This document shows, piece by piece, positions 1-11,749 of a stretch of 64,000 bases of DNA. Under the pieces are notes generated by a model that did not search any database, was not told where the DNA came from, and saw nothing but the letters and a program-made list of their open reading frames with translations. The number at the start of each line of letters is the position of its first letter. Position 1 is the first letter of the stretch. A program made the translations under genes and the position numbers. Source of the stretch: Basidiobolus meristosporus CBS 931.73 (taxonomy: Eukaryota > Fungi > Basidiobolomycota). The DNA lies in NCBI GenBank assembly GCA_002104905.1, contig MCFE01000168.1, positions 62,001 to 126,000 of the forward strand. The letters are read 5' to 3'.

Positions 1-1
1 G

Positions 2-3000
2 GTGATCAAGGAGTTAGGATACAGCCCAGGTCTAAAGAAAAATTCAAACGATCGCTTGCAAATTATTTATGAAAAGCTTCATGGACTACGTGGCGATTTT
101 GAAAAGGTTATTGGATATCAAAGAAGTTTTATTAACCTCAAGATTAGATACAACCTGCCGAAGGAGATATCTTTTATAGTTGAAAAATTGAATGAACGTT
201 TTACGGCTCTAGAAAAACAAATCGTTGACTTATCTAGGGGTCAGGATAACTTCTTGAGACTTGAAAGGAAAGATGAGCAACATCTATACACCATTGAAAA
301 TTTCGCCTCGAACACAACCAAGGAGATTGGATCCTTGAAGGAATTGATAAACCAAATTATCCTCGAGCAATCAAAACTCTTCAAGCGTAGTGATGTTACG
401 GCCCTTCTACAGCAACACACAGCAAGTATCGAGAAGATGGATGATCGACTACAGGATCTCAGCGCTCGAGTGATTCAACTTGTCAGTAATCAAAAGGAAC
501 TGCTGCTTGCTGGTGAAACAGACAGATCTAAAAATTCTGCAAACAAAGACCTAATTAATAGATTTACCGAATTAAGAACAACAGTTCAAACACTTGTCCA
601 CAAGCAGAATGAGTTATCTAAGCCACAGATTTTCAACCAAATCTCAGGGGATATAGCGCATGAAATTAAGGAGCTAACTGTGCAACTATCCAAACTCAAT
701 GAAAAGGTCACCGCATTGAACGATAAGCAGCAAGCCATTCTTCTTCAAGTAGATAGCGCTGGTAAACACAATATCAATCCTCACAGACACAACGTTCAAT
801 ATTTGAATGAACAACTAATTGATCTGGGAAAATCAATCCATGACATCTCCAGTCATCAAGCAAGAATTGCAAACGACCACCGAGTATTGGATGCGCTAAA
901 GAAGCAAAATACGCAAATACTCTCTTTAGAAACAGGAATGATCAATCTCCGGGGAGAATTGAGGACTTTGATCTATCGTCAACAAACTCTGCTCAATGAA
1001 ACACACAACACTATCCAGCAGAATAGTGGTGAGATTTTAGAAATCCTGGCGAAACTCCAGAACTTGGACGGTAAAACAAATGGCCTATTCGAGCAGCAAA
1101 AAGCACTGATCAATAGAGATGTTTATGCAACTATTCCTAAAGAACTTACATTCCAGATTGATCAGATCGGTACTCGAATCGAGGATCTTCAGCATTTCGT
1201 GACCAAAGTTTCCAGAGACCAGGCAACATATCTTGAGTACAAGACAAGAAACAAGAATGGTGATTCGAAGAAATTACTTCGACTCAATCAACAATTTGAT
1301 CGATTGTTAACCATCATATCTCGGATTCTTGACGACCAAAATAAGATTACTACCAACGAGCATGTAGTCAAGATACTGAAAGAACACTCCAAATCAATCC
1401 AAAAAATTGATATCAGGCTCACGGGTATAAGCACTCTAATTCGAAAAATATTAGATAACCAACTCCGATTCATTCAATCACACAACGATCATAATCATAC
1501 TAGCCGTACTGCTCAGAATTTACCGCCTATAGCTACAGCCTTGTTGAGGATTCAAGAGGAGGTTGAATATCTCATTGAACAGCAGAGGAAGCTTAATCTT
1601 CCAGCAGTTGTGAATGTTCTACCTACAAATCTTCTGGACAAAGTGGTTCAAATCAACTCAGCTTTGGACGGCTGGAACGGGTATATTCAGCGTTTGTTTG
1701 AAAAGCAAGCCGAGTTGATCAAGTCATCAGAGAGCAGACAAGCCCAGGATTATAGGCATGCAATTGACAAGATCAACGAGAATTTGAGCGATTTTGGCCA
1801 CGCAATGCATACTCTGACTGTCCAACAGACGGAAATCTTCAAGAATGAGGAAATTCTAAAGATCGTGGCTGATGAACTCGGGGATCTGAAAGCAGTCAGA
1901 GCAACCATGAGAAAATTCGGCAGTCAGATCCAGAGTGTGATCAACCAACAAAAACACATCCTGGCTAGTATCTCTAATTTATCGAATCGGGATTCAGTTG
2001 GCAAGCTCACTTCATTGGATCGGATTGCTAACGAGTTGATAGAAAAGCAGTCGATTCTATTCAGACGTGAAGTAATTAGAGCTGCTCCCAAAGAAATCCT
2101 GGAAAGTATCAGTAGCTTGGCCAAACAACTCAACTCAGTTTCTAGCCATCTGAATTCAATTACCGATTTACAGAAGCGAATCATTGAACACGGAGAACAC
2201 AGCTCGCAAATTTCATACGAGAAAGCTAATCCAGAAATTATTGGTGTTCTGAATAGCCTGAATCAGAAATTTGACAAGGTATACCAAGATGTAATCTTAA
2301 TTTCTGGTTACCAGGGTGAATTACTGAGTCGCAAGGAACTTTTGAGCATTTTTCAACGTCATTCTATTGACATAAACCTTGTGGGACACAAGGTTGAGGC
2401 TGTAAATGAAGAAATTCAAGTGGTGATTGAGCAGCAGAAGGAGCTTTATACCCTATTAGAGGAAAAATCTCATAAGATATATCAACAAGGTAGTGAAGCA
2501 CACCTGTTGAATCTTGAACGCCTCAAACGGCTTGAGAAGTCTATCAACTCACTTCACTATGAGCAAAGTAAGCTGAAGAGCCATGGAGGTGGCGCAGTAC
2601 AGGCTCTAAAGAACATCGATTCCTCGACACATTCGCTAAGTGGTAACCTTGGGAAATTGTTGACAGTAATCGGCAATGTCACAAAGGAGCAACAGCAGAT
2701 ACTCCAATCCGTCAAAAGCAGTAACACATTGAACGAGGATAGTTTGAAAAAGATTGATAAGGTCAATGGAGAGATTCAGAGTCTTAGCGACGTAATTCAA
2801 CAATTAAAGCTCGAACAACAAGGAATAAGCGCTAAACTAACCAAGCTTCTTGGCCTACCCCGGGATATGCAAGAAGTAAGGCAACACCTAGTGTCCCTCA
2901 ACAACCTTTCCAACAAGTTAATCAACAGGGCTTTGGACCTGAAAGGAACAGCAAGTGATGGACACCACCTTCGTAATCGCCTATCAGAATTATTCCAACT

Positions 3001-4462
3001 TATGCAACAGCTTACAGCTCAGCAAGATAGTCTGATGAAAGTTGAGAACCAAAATTCGAAAAGTCATTCTACAGAAATATCTTCGTTGGCATCAAAGATC
3101 TACCAAGTGGAGCAGACAGTGACTTCTTTGCTAGAAGAACAGAATGCACTTCAACATTACAAGCACGCCAATTCCTTCGGAAACTTGGACAAAAAAATCG
3201 ATCTGCTGAATGAGGCTGTCAAGCAGCTTGTTGATCAGCAACGAAAGGTCATGAAATTGACCGGTTTAGGTCAACTAGTAGAGCAACAATCAAGAGATGT
3301 CGGGATGATAAAAGGCAAATTATCAAATCTAACACGAACTGTGGATCAACTGGTGAATCAACAAAAAGGCCTTTTACTACGCTCAAGATACGAAAATGGT
3401 ACTGAGTACAGGGATCTAGATAAGAAATTTGAAGAATTAAGATCTACGGTTCTGAAGATAGTTCAACAGCAAGATATTATATCGGAGAAGAAAATAGACA
3501 GACTCGGTGATTCTTCCTCAAATCTGGAAAACCGAGTTGGACGAATATCGGAAATTTTGACCCAACTGATTGTACAACAAAAAGAAGCAGGTTCACACAA
3601 AGATATACGCTACGACGAAACAATCGGCAGAATCAATCTGAAGATTTTAAAACTGAACGAGCAGATGAACGAGCTCTTTACGGAGCAGACTTTGTTACTT
3701 CAAAGAAGCCTTGATTCTTTATCAGAACGGCAGGGCGCAAACTTTGAAGTGCTCAAGGAGAGACTCGATGGTATTGGAAACACTTTGGACGATATTAAAC
3801 ATCAAGGAAATGCCACTTGGGATCATAGATTTCAGGCACTTTCACAACAACAGTCAATTGATCACAACCAACTGAATAGCCGATTAAATCAAATTAGCAA
3901 GATGCTTGAGCGCACTACCACCCATCCGTTCGCTGAAAATAATACACGATTGACCGAGATTCAAAATAAGCTGAACCGGTTGGAGGCCGCTATGACCCAT
4001 GTACTGGAAAAGGTAGATAAGAATGGTGGCATTCACCTCTCACCCGAACAAGTGAAGGAGCTTAAGAGTGTTGGTCAGTACTTACCTAAGCTTAACCAGT
4101 CTGTTCAGAAATTGGCCATAGTTGACAGAGAGGACCCAGCTTATATTCAAGCATTGGTCGATGTAGACCAGTCGTTGGTCAAATATGGACAAACTATCGT
4201 TGATATTGATGGATCCATAGGTAGCCACCACTTCAATGCCCCTGGTTACCCGTTGGAACAGGTTGATTTAAATATCATTGATGTGAACACTGCGGACTCC
4301 CCACACGAACAAGCGTCGAGCAATACTGTTGAACATTTGGTTGACGATGAACCTTTCACTCTCAATCTTGAATCGCAAAACATGCAAGACACTGCTGGAA
4401 AGAAAGGTAACCAGCAGAAATACGAATATTACCAGGGATATTGGTATCTTAAAGCCATATAG
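2..4462 (+). CDS. Large intronless segmented coiled-coil repeat protein (>=1486 aa, probably 5'-truncated by the window edge), function unknown
   Basis: Uninterrupted 4.46-kb ORF that is open from the window edge. Heptad-patterned segments ending in [QN/E]Q-x-x-[LI][LI] recur throughout. No Cys seen. No catalytic motif recognised. Confidence 0.85.
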   Translation: MIKELGYSPGLKKNSNDRLQIIYEKLHGLRGDFEKVIGYQRSFINLKIRYNLPKEISFIVEKLNERFTALEKQIVDLSRGQDNFLRLERKDEQHLYTIENFASNTTKEIGSLKELINQIILEQSKLFKRSDVTALLQQHTASIEKMDDRLQDLSARVIQLVSNQKELLLAGETDRSKNSANKDLINRFTELRTTVQTLVHKQNELSKPQIFNQISGDIAHEIKELTVQLSKLNEKVTALNDKQQAILLQVDSAGKHNINPHRHNVQYLNEQLIDLGKSIHDISSHQARIANDHRVLDALKKQNTQILSLETGMINLRGELRTLIYRQQTLLNETHNTIQQNSGEILEILAKLQNLDGKTNGLFEQQKALINRDVYATIPKELTFQIDQIGTRIEDLQHFVTKVSRDQATYLEYKTRNKNGDSKKLLRLNQQFDRLLTIISRILDDQNKITTNEHVVKILKEHSKSIQKIDIRLTGISTLIRKILDNQLRFIQSHNDHNHTSRTAQNLPPIATALLRIQEEVEYLIEQQRKLNLPAVVNVLPTNLLDKVVQINSALDGWNGYIQRLFEKQAELIKSSESRQAQDYRHAIDKINENLSDFGHAMHTLTVQQTEIFKNEEILKIVADELGDLKAVRATMRKFGSQIQSVINQQKHILASISNLSNRDSVGKLTSLDRIANELIEKQSILFRREVIRAAPKEILESISSLAKQLNSVSSHLNSITDLQKRIIEHGEHSSQISYEKANPEIIGVLNSLNQKFDKVYQDVILISGYQGELLSRKELLSIFQRHSIDINLVGHKVEAVNEEIQVVIEQQKELYTLLEEKSHKIYQQGSEAHLLNLERLKRLEKSINSLHYEQSKLKSHGGGAVQALKNIDSSTHSLSGNLGKLLTVIGNVTKEQQQILQSVKSSNTLNEDSLKKIDKVNGEIQSLSDVIQQLKLEQQGISAKLTKLLGLPRDMQEVRQHLVSLNNLSNKLINRALDLKGTASDGHHLRNRLSELFQLMQQLTAQQDSLMKVENQNSKSHSTEISSLASKIYQVEQTVTSLLEEQNALQHYKHANSFGNLDKKIDLLNEAVKQLVDQQRKVMKLTGLGQLVEQQSRDVGMIKGKLSNLTRTVDQLVNQQKGLLLRSRYENGTEYRDLDKKFEELRSTVLKIVQQQDIISEKKIDRLGDSSSNLENRVGRISEILTQLIVQQKEAGSHKDIRYDETIGRINLKILKLNEQMNELFTEQTLLLQRSLDSLSERQGANFEVLKERLDGIGNTLDDIKHQGNATWDHRFQALSQQQSIDHNQLNSRLNQISKMLERTTTHPFAENNTRLTEIQNKLNRLEAAMTHVLEKVDKNGGIHLSPEQVKELKSVGQYLPKLNQSVQKLAIVDREDPAYIQALVDVDQSLVKYGQTIVDIDGSIGSHHFNAPGYPLEQVDLNIIDVNTADSPHEQASSNTVEHLVDDEPFTLNLESQNMQDTAGKKGNQQKYEYYQGYWYLKAI

Positions 4463-4804
4463 TCGAAGCATATGAGGAATACACAATGAACAACTTTACC
4501 GAATTTTTCCCTTTTAAAGTATGCATTGTGACCACTCTCCCCCCCCCCATATCATCAGATGTATTATGGTCAACCTTATTAGGAACCACCTGCATGTTTG
4601 GGCAAGTCCAAGATGGTCCACCCTCGGTTAAAATCCAAACATTGTGGGAAATTTTCGAATAATAAACACTCGAATTCTGTTTGATTATCCATGAAAAATT
4701 TACGCTCTTTTCCTTTTTTATCCATTGGCCATGTGATATTTTCAATACAAATAGTGTGTCGCAAAGGATTACAACTTCGCTTCTTCACTTCCACTACTGC
4801 TGTT

Positions 4805-5772
4805 ATGTTGAGATTCACTTTTAGCTATGCGCTGAGACAAGGCATTAGGTTCGACAAATCCGCACCTATTGGGCAGTTCGTATCGTACGAGCCTCTTCGC
4901 TTTACCCACACTGCGGCCCGTCTTCTCAACAACAATTTAGTCACCATAGAGCCAGTCCCTGAGCAAAATACCACCATTATCCATCTTCACCGTGGCCCCG
5001 CGAACGCATTCAACCATGAGCTGGCCCGAACAGTGACCGATGTTTTCAAGCAAATTGAAGAGGACAAATCAGTAAGAACAGTGATTTTTGCATCGAAAAT
5101 CCCTCATTTCTTTTCGGCTGGTGTTGACCTGGAAGATTTCAAACGCTCGGATGAGTTATGGCTGGATTTCTGGAAGGATTTACGAAAGATGTTTATCACT
5201 ATCCATGGATCCAGATTAAATACCATTGCTGCAGTAAACGGCTTTGCTGTTGGCCTCGGGTGTGCTTTGGCCTTAGGTAACAGTGTCAGGATGATATCCC
5301 ATTTGCCGTCAGTGACTAATAATATGGTTAATCAGCGTGCCAAGATCGCTACATGTTGCAGGGGAAAGGCGCCATTGGTATCAACCCAGTAAACATTGGT
5401 ATCCCAGTACCTGTATGGTTAATCCAGCGCTATATTGAGGTAGTTGGTCATAGAACCAGTGAGAAAATGCTAACCAATGGAGTCTCTTTAAAAGCCCTTG
5501 AGGCTCAGAAGATCGGCTTAGTGGATGAAGTCTTTGATAATCATGATCAACTAATAGAGGCTTGTAAGGAACTGGCTAGGGTGAAGCACAAGGTCAACGA
5601 AACAGCACAAGTAGAAACAGCCAGACTTCTACGAGAACCTTTCGTAAAATCATTCTATTTAGAAGAAGAGAATGACACAAAACGAATGGCCAATTTTGTT
5701 GGTCGTCCTGAAATGAAAGCAATCATCGATAATATGCAAGCACAGATAGAAGCGAAGAAAGCCAAATCCTAA
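4805..5772 (+). CDS. Mitochondrial enoyl-CoA delta-isomerase / crotonase-superfamily enzyme (2 exons)
   Basis: Crotonase motifs FFSAGVDL and AAVNGFAVGLGCALA. GT-AG intron 5277-5335 joins the two ORFs to give ALACQDRYMLQG. ATG 4805 starts an Arg-rich presequence (MLRFTFSYALRQGIRF). Confidence 0.9.
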
Positions 5773-6116
5773 AGCTTCCCCAACACATCAATAAATTTCA
5801 TTTATTCACTTACTTTGGCAGCTAACATGTCTACTTTAATCTCGATAATAGGGAGCACGGACTCCTATTCAATGCATCGATCTGGCAGTTCTTTAACCCT
5901 GCGGCATCCAGCATCGTTCCTCAGCTATTCCCAATGGTCATATTTTGAATGTTTGTTTATGTGAAATCCCAAGGAAAGAAACAATCTCCACTGATGAGAA
6001 GGAAAAACCAACTATTGACATCAACTACACAGGAGTTGTGAATGTGCGTATATGAGTGATGGAAGGTGCGCGTAAGGATGTGACATCGATGAGCGGGTAA
6101 GTAAATTAGCAGGTGC

Positions 6117-7414
6117 TTAAAAATCTGTGAACAAATGTTTGTAATTGTCCTCGGTTACTAAACCGTAGACTTCTAAAGATTCTTGATACATGTCAAAATT
6201 ACTAGTATCCCCATCACTGGAGACAATAGGAATGATCGGTGGTTGGACCTCCAGTCGGGATAGCTTGTTCCAGTCAATTTCAGCAAACCAAGGATGTTGC
6301 TTTATGTCCCAGACACCGTTCTTTAAGTTACCAAAGCGTTTAGTCAAGTCAGCAGTGGTTAAGCGCTTGATTAGATCCCGAGCAGCAGGATCAATGTGAG
6401 GTGGCCATCTAATCTTCCCGGCAAGAATTTTCTCGTAAAGCTTGAAGTGATCATCATCATAGAATGGTGGGTATCCAGCAAGCAGCTCAAAGATAAGAAT
6501 GCCAAGAGAATACCAGTCGACAGCTTTACCGTAACCTTTAGATTGAATAATCTCGGGAGCCAAGTAGTCGGGAGTTCCACACAATGTCCACGTAATATCA
6601 GGAACATGCTTGGCAAATCCAAAATCAGTTAGCTTGATATGGCCTTGAGCGTTGATCAGGATATTCTCTGGCTTCAAGTCACGATAAATGGTGTCAATTG
6701 AATGGAGGTATTCAAACGTCAACACTACTTCAGCAGCGTAAAACTTGGCAACATGTGCAGGAAACCGCTGAAAACCAAAGCATGAGATTAGTTCGGCAAC
6801 AACCAATGTACCAACTAATATTCGCCAACCTGGAATTTTCTGATGTAGCTAAAGAGCTCACCACCAGGAACGTACTCCATGATCATGTAAAGATTGGCCG
6901 TGTCTTGGAAAGTACCAAGCATATTGACAAGGAAAGGATGGTGGCAGGCGTGAAGAATGCTGCGTTCGTTATTTACATGCTCGACTTGCTTTAACCTAAC
7001 TACTTCAGTCTTCTTTAATACCTTCATAGCATAATATCTATTGTTGGCTTTCAATTGAACAAGGTGGACACGGCCAAAGGAACCTGTGCCAATAGTACGT
7101 AGAATGACAAAGTCGGACAAGCTGAATGTTGGTTTGTTGATAGTAACCGCAGGTACGGAGGCGGTGAAATTCTGCATGCTTTGCGTATTTGGCATAGGTT
7201 GGTTTACAGGTAGTGAGTTGACAAACCGATTTTGTGTGTGGAATTGCTGGTTGGATTGTTGCTGCTGCTGTTGCTGTTGCTGATACATAGCATCCTGATT
7301 GGAAAACATCTTCTGGTCCTCTAGGCGAGCTTTTTCGGTGGCAGGTGTCTTCGAAAAAGGAATTTGATTTTTGAAAGTAGATTTATCAAGTAGCTTATTC
7401 AGAAAATTTGCCAT
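6117..7414 (-). CDS. pkaC: cAMP-dependent protein kinase catalytic subunit (2 exons)
   Basis: [36 protein letters not shown] and the C-terminal FTDF motif. Intron 6768-6829. Q-rich N-terminal extension. Confidence 0.97.
7256..7282 (-). repeat. CAG/CAA trinucleotide run encoding Q9 in the PKA N-terminus
   Basis: Nine consecutive CAG/CAA codons on the minus strand. Confidence 0.9.
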
Positions 7415-8244
7415 ATTGGATAGGAGTGCGGGCTCTTCCAAACAGCTGGACCGGTGAATGAATTATTGGGAGATACTATCGACACGCGTCAGGGTGAAAA
7501 CGTAAAGAAGTTAGCGCTTCACCTGAATATGAAAATATGAAGTGCAGCTAATAAGAAGCAAAAAATGGAAACAAGAAATTTGAACTGGGAAAGTGGACCT
7601 GAATTGAGACTGTTTCTTTCTTATCAACACCAATCTTTTTGCTTTCGTTTACGCAATCATTCAGTTAATCATAAAGTTCTCGCCACACATTCGGGAGTAT
7701 TGAAATTCCAGCTGACTGATTGGATTGAGGGAAAAAGGAAATGTATATATGAATATTGAATAGCAACTCCATTAAAAGCTATGCTCGACGTTCCTGATAC
7801 ATTCGTGAGCATTATGGCTTGGGATACCTGTTGCACGCGTCAGAAGTCATCCGTATTATTACCATGTTAGTATCTACGCCAATACTTGTGATCCTAAGCT
7901 GATGAGAATTTCGATATTACTTCGGAAATAGATTGGCCCTGATATAATGGGGGTGGGCTGCTAGTTTCAGAATTCTGCAAATCATAGCCTTTAAACGGTG
8001 AGCATGAACGTTCGATATGTGATATGGATAATAATTTTTATCGGAGATTACCATGAGCGCTAACCCTTGATTGCCATATGCGTTTAAGCTAGTCATATTT
8101 GTATACATCCTGGCATATCTATATAGCCTAAAATTTTACTTGATAATATTAGCCAGAATCTCTTAATATCGAATGTTACGGTTAGACTTGGCTTCTAGAC
8201 CATTTCCGGGTATCGCTTTGGGTGGTGTGTTTTAATCCAAGAGA

Positions 8245-8793
8245 ATGGAAGAACGGGTCAAGCAATTTCACGTGGATGCACAGCAGGCCGGAAATATCGC
8301 CTTGAATAAGGCGCTGAAAGGAATGAACACTTTGCGCAAATTCATCTACAAGAATCAGGTGAGCATCTTACTGCTATGGATGTGCCGTCGCGTTTCTAAT
8401 CCAATTTTTCTTCAAGGAATACAGATTCTCAGATAAGGAGAAAAACAAACTATTCGGGGCAATAGAGTCATATTTTCACGCATTTGATCGAAGGTTGGTT
8501 GGCAATAGGCTTTGTCCTATCCAGATGTCTGGCACTAATGCGAAGGGGTTTATTTCAGTGATGCTAGTGAAGAAACAGCGTTTCCCTTGATTGAGGATTC
8601 TTTGAAGGTTTCAATATTCACGACCAAACAAAAGAGTGCCATGCTGAAATGGTATGAAGAGATTGTGGCCAAACAAGAAGGTGGCGCCAAAGCAGAGCCA
8701 AAGGAGGTGAGCACCGCTAAAAGTAAAAATCCATATTACGACGATGAGTATGATTGGGATGAGTGGGAGAAGCAACTGGAGGAGGATGATTAG
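8245..8793 (+). CDS. Hypothetical protein, 3 recognisable exons, acidic Trp-containing C-terminus (start uncertain)
   Basis: Two GT-AG introns (after KNQ and after FDR) join three frames into MEERVKQF...EYRFSDKEKNKLFGAIESYFHAFDRSDASEETAFPLIEDSLK...YDWDEWEKQLEEDD. Confidence 0.6.
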
Positions 8794-8947
8794 CTTTTCT
8801 AACGTAAATCTTCTAACGTAACTTACAAGTGGACCATGCACCCCAGTGTGATGATAATAAAGTTTTCATCTCACTCTTACATTGGAATTATTGATGGTTG
8901 TTTGAGAATAACTTGATATTAAGTACGTGAACCACAAAGGTTGCTAA

Positions 8948-10306
8948 ATGCCAGTTAATAAGCTATTTGTTTCGGCACTTGTCGTTGGTCCGTTTAATAT
9001 CACAATACTCCTAGGATCCTTCTGATCTCCAGGTGATTGTCGCACAGGACATCATGGTTTTTGCTCAGCAGTTGGAAATTTACACGACTCCGGTATTATT
9101 ACTTGTGTGAGTGTATTCTCTTCACCTAGCGCTAAATATACTCTAGGGGTGGACAGCATTCATTCCACTTCGACACAAGCTGAATACTAATAATTATCAC
9201 TGTGCTACGAAGATTCTGAGAAACGTACAGATGCTTGCGGACTCTGAAATCCCAGATGATAGCTTAGCTCCCTACTTCATGGGGAGCGAATTGGAGGCAG
9301 CTTGGCTCGGTGAGGTTCAGGAGCACCAGGAAAAGCGTTCAAAAATCGTCGAATACTTCAAGCCACCAAACTTCTACGTCCAAAAGGCTGGAACCACTTT
9401 TTATCTTGGTATGTAATCGTTACCTGCTACTCTACAACACAACTCGATATAAATACTTGTCTCTCTAGGTACTAACGCCATCACCTTGAAGCGCTACATA
9501 CTCATCTCTTATCGTGTATATCGGGATATCAAATGCGAGCTCGAAAGCCTGCTTGACGCAACTTTATCGGAGGTACAAGCACACAATCAGTACCAGGAGA
9601 TCCAAGAAACGCACTTTGATAGCACTACGACCTACTTTAAAGTGGTGAAAATGCTCGGGCGTCGTAACAAAAAGTCTAAGAAGAAAGTAAAAGCGCTGCA
9701 GGGCCAGAAGTTGCTAGAAAACGCTAAATCACTCCTGGTTGACCACAAGCATATGTTTTTTACCATCGATGTCGAAACATACGAGCGGGACCACACCTCT
9801 ATCATTGAAATCGGTTGGTCAATGCACCACTCAAAACGAGGGCTCTTCAAAGATAGACATTTCGTTATCGAGGAGAATTTGCATCTACGCAATGGTCGCT
9901 ACCACCCCGACAATAAGGAAAAGTTTCTGTTTGGAGAGTCAGAGCTTGGCACCCTGGAGGATGTTATTGGTTTTCTTGAGGAAGATTTATCTACCGGCCC
10001 ACCAAAAGTTCTTATAGGCCACGACCTTAAGTCGGTTCTTGAAGCCACCCAAATTGTAAACCCGAACCTAGATTGTGTCGACGAAACTCTAGATATTTCG
10101 GATTTGCACACAGTGAAGTTCGGTGGTAAAGACATGCCTGGGTTGAGTCGAGTATTAGATGATCTTGAGATTGACTATTATTGTCTCCACAATGCTGGTA
10201 ACATAATACTGATATAGCTACTTTCCTATCAACACAACTGACCGGTAACTTTTTAGGAAACGATGCGCATTACATCATGGAGGCCTTCCTAAAACTTGTG
10301 AGATAA
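8948..10306 (+). CDS. Gfd2/YDR514C-like DEDDh (RNase H-fold) exonuclease-domain protein (multi-exon; 5' exons tentative)
   Basis: FTIDVETYE, EIGWS, LIGHD and spliced LHNAGNDAHYIMEAF motifs typical of the YDR514C/Gfd2 family. ATG 8948 is a manual splice guess. Confidence 0.8.
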
Positions 10307-10485
10307 GGGCGTTTGGTCGTTCGCTTTCCTCCACGGGGAAGCCCGGCATTTCATTCTATCGTTCTTGCACGCATACACGCTTCATTTATTATATTTATTA
10401 CCACCACTGTTAATCAATGCCTTGATGATTAGCTATTAATTAAACCCGAGGAGAATAAAGAGCCAGAAACCCAATGCTGACGGCC

Positions 10486-11082
10486 TCATTCCAACTTTCT
10501 GTGCTGGTATTGAGATACAGCACCCTGTAAGTACTGATACGAGTGGGCCAGCAAGAGCAATGGGACAACTACCCAGAGTCCGTTGAAAAGTGTCAAGTAC
10601 ACCCATAGGTACATTGGGTTTTCGGTTACCAGTGAAGGGGAGCCTGTCAGCCACTCCGGTGCAAACGTCATCCAATCACCGTAGAGTTCGGCGGTACATA
10701 ACAGCACTTGCAAAAAATGCCTGCTAGGCAAGTCATTCACTAAGGCATACAGAACAGCGAAGCTTAGAAGCCCAGCCCCGACCACGGTGATGATTTCGAT
10801 GCTAACAACAGTAGGGTCTGCGTATAACCAGCGGGTATCTGCTTTCCCATACTCTTTCCAAATACTGGCCAGGAATCCTGAGCTACTCTCCACTTGCCGA
10901 CCAAATATGGACATGTAAACGAAAGGGCCCTCTAAAAACAAGTGGATCAAGAAGTCAAAAGTCAACCATACGAATGTCCACCTCTCTAAAGCAGGCTTAT
11001 TCTTCACATAGCGGTTTGACGCCAATAGAGCGATACCAAGTAGGATTAGGATAAAGCCTAATGAAATTAGCAAAGACAACAT
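10486..11082 (-). CDS. EBPL: Emopamil-binding-protein-like (EBPL / EXPERA) membrane protein, intronless
   Basis: HLFLEGPFVY, WKEYGKADTRW, DPTVVSIEI, RHFLQ..LC..ELYG.WMTF.PEWL and FNGLWVVVP match the EBPL subfamily pattern. Confidence 0.88.
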   Translation of the reverse strand: MLSLLISLGFILILLGIALLASNRYVKNKPALERWTFVWLTFDFLIHLFLEGPFVYMSIFGRQVESSSGFLASIWKEYGKADTRWLYADPTVVSIEIITVVGAGLLSFAVLYALVNDLPSRHFLQVLLCTAELYGDWMTFAPEWLTGSPSLVTENPMYLWVYLTLFNGLWVVVPLLLLAHSYQYLQGAVSQYQHRKLE

Positions 11083-11749
11083 TGCCACGAAGAAAGAGGT
11101 ACATGAGCCTGTGGTTAAACCTGTGCGTGACCCATGCTAAATCATGTGGATGTTTGGGGACTGAATGCCAGTTTGTGTGAATGTTTTAGACCGAGGTGGG
11201 AGTAAACCATGGTTAAATAGATTTGGTAGCATTTAATGCGCGTATAAATGGGATCTGTGCGATATTTACTATTCCGTATTAGTTGAATTTATTTGTAAAT
11301 GTTCTCTAGAGGATATTCATCCAGGCCGACTGGCTTCTCTGGGTTAGAATCAGGTTTTTTCTAGCTAGACTCTCTGTGATCCATATTCAGTATTTGTCGC
11401 GCATTTGTTGTGTTCATCAGCCAATTATATACTTTTTAAATAGTTGGTTGCTCATTCCTAATTTTGGCTGGATCTGTTAAGACTAATCCTGCTTCCCCAT
11501 TTTAGCTTATTGTTGAAATACACTATTTGTGATTTGACACCAAGCTCTTCAACCTTTCCGCGCGTTTCCCTCTTGTCCAGAGCTGCTTCTCTATACCTTC
11601 CGTTCCTCTAGATATTCAGTCAATAAGATTTGGGTATCCTGCCAGCTCTTCTTCATTGTGTAATATATTCTACATCTTGGCAAAGCCCCCAACATAGAGA
11701 CTTCTATCTGTCGCTCTCTCATCTATAGCGGCGCGCGATATTCACAACC

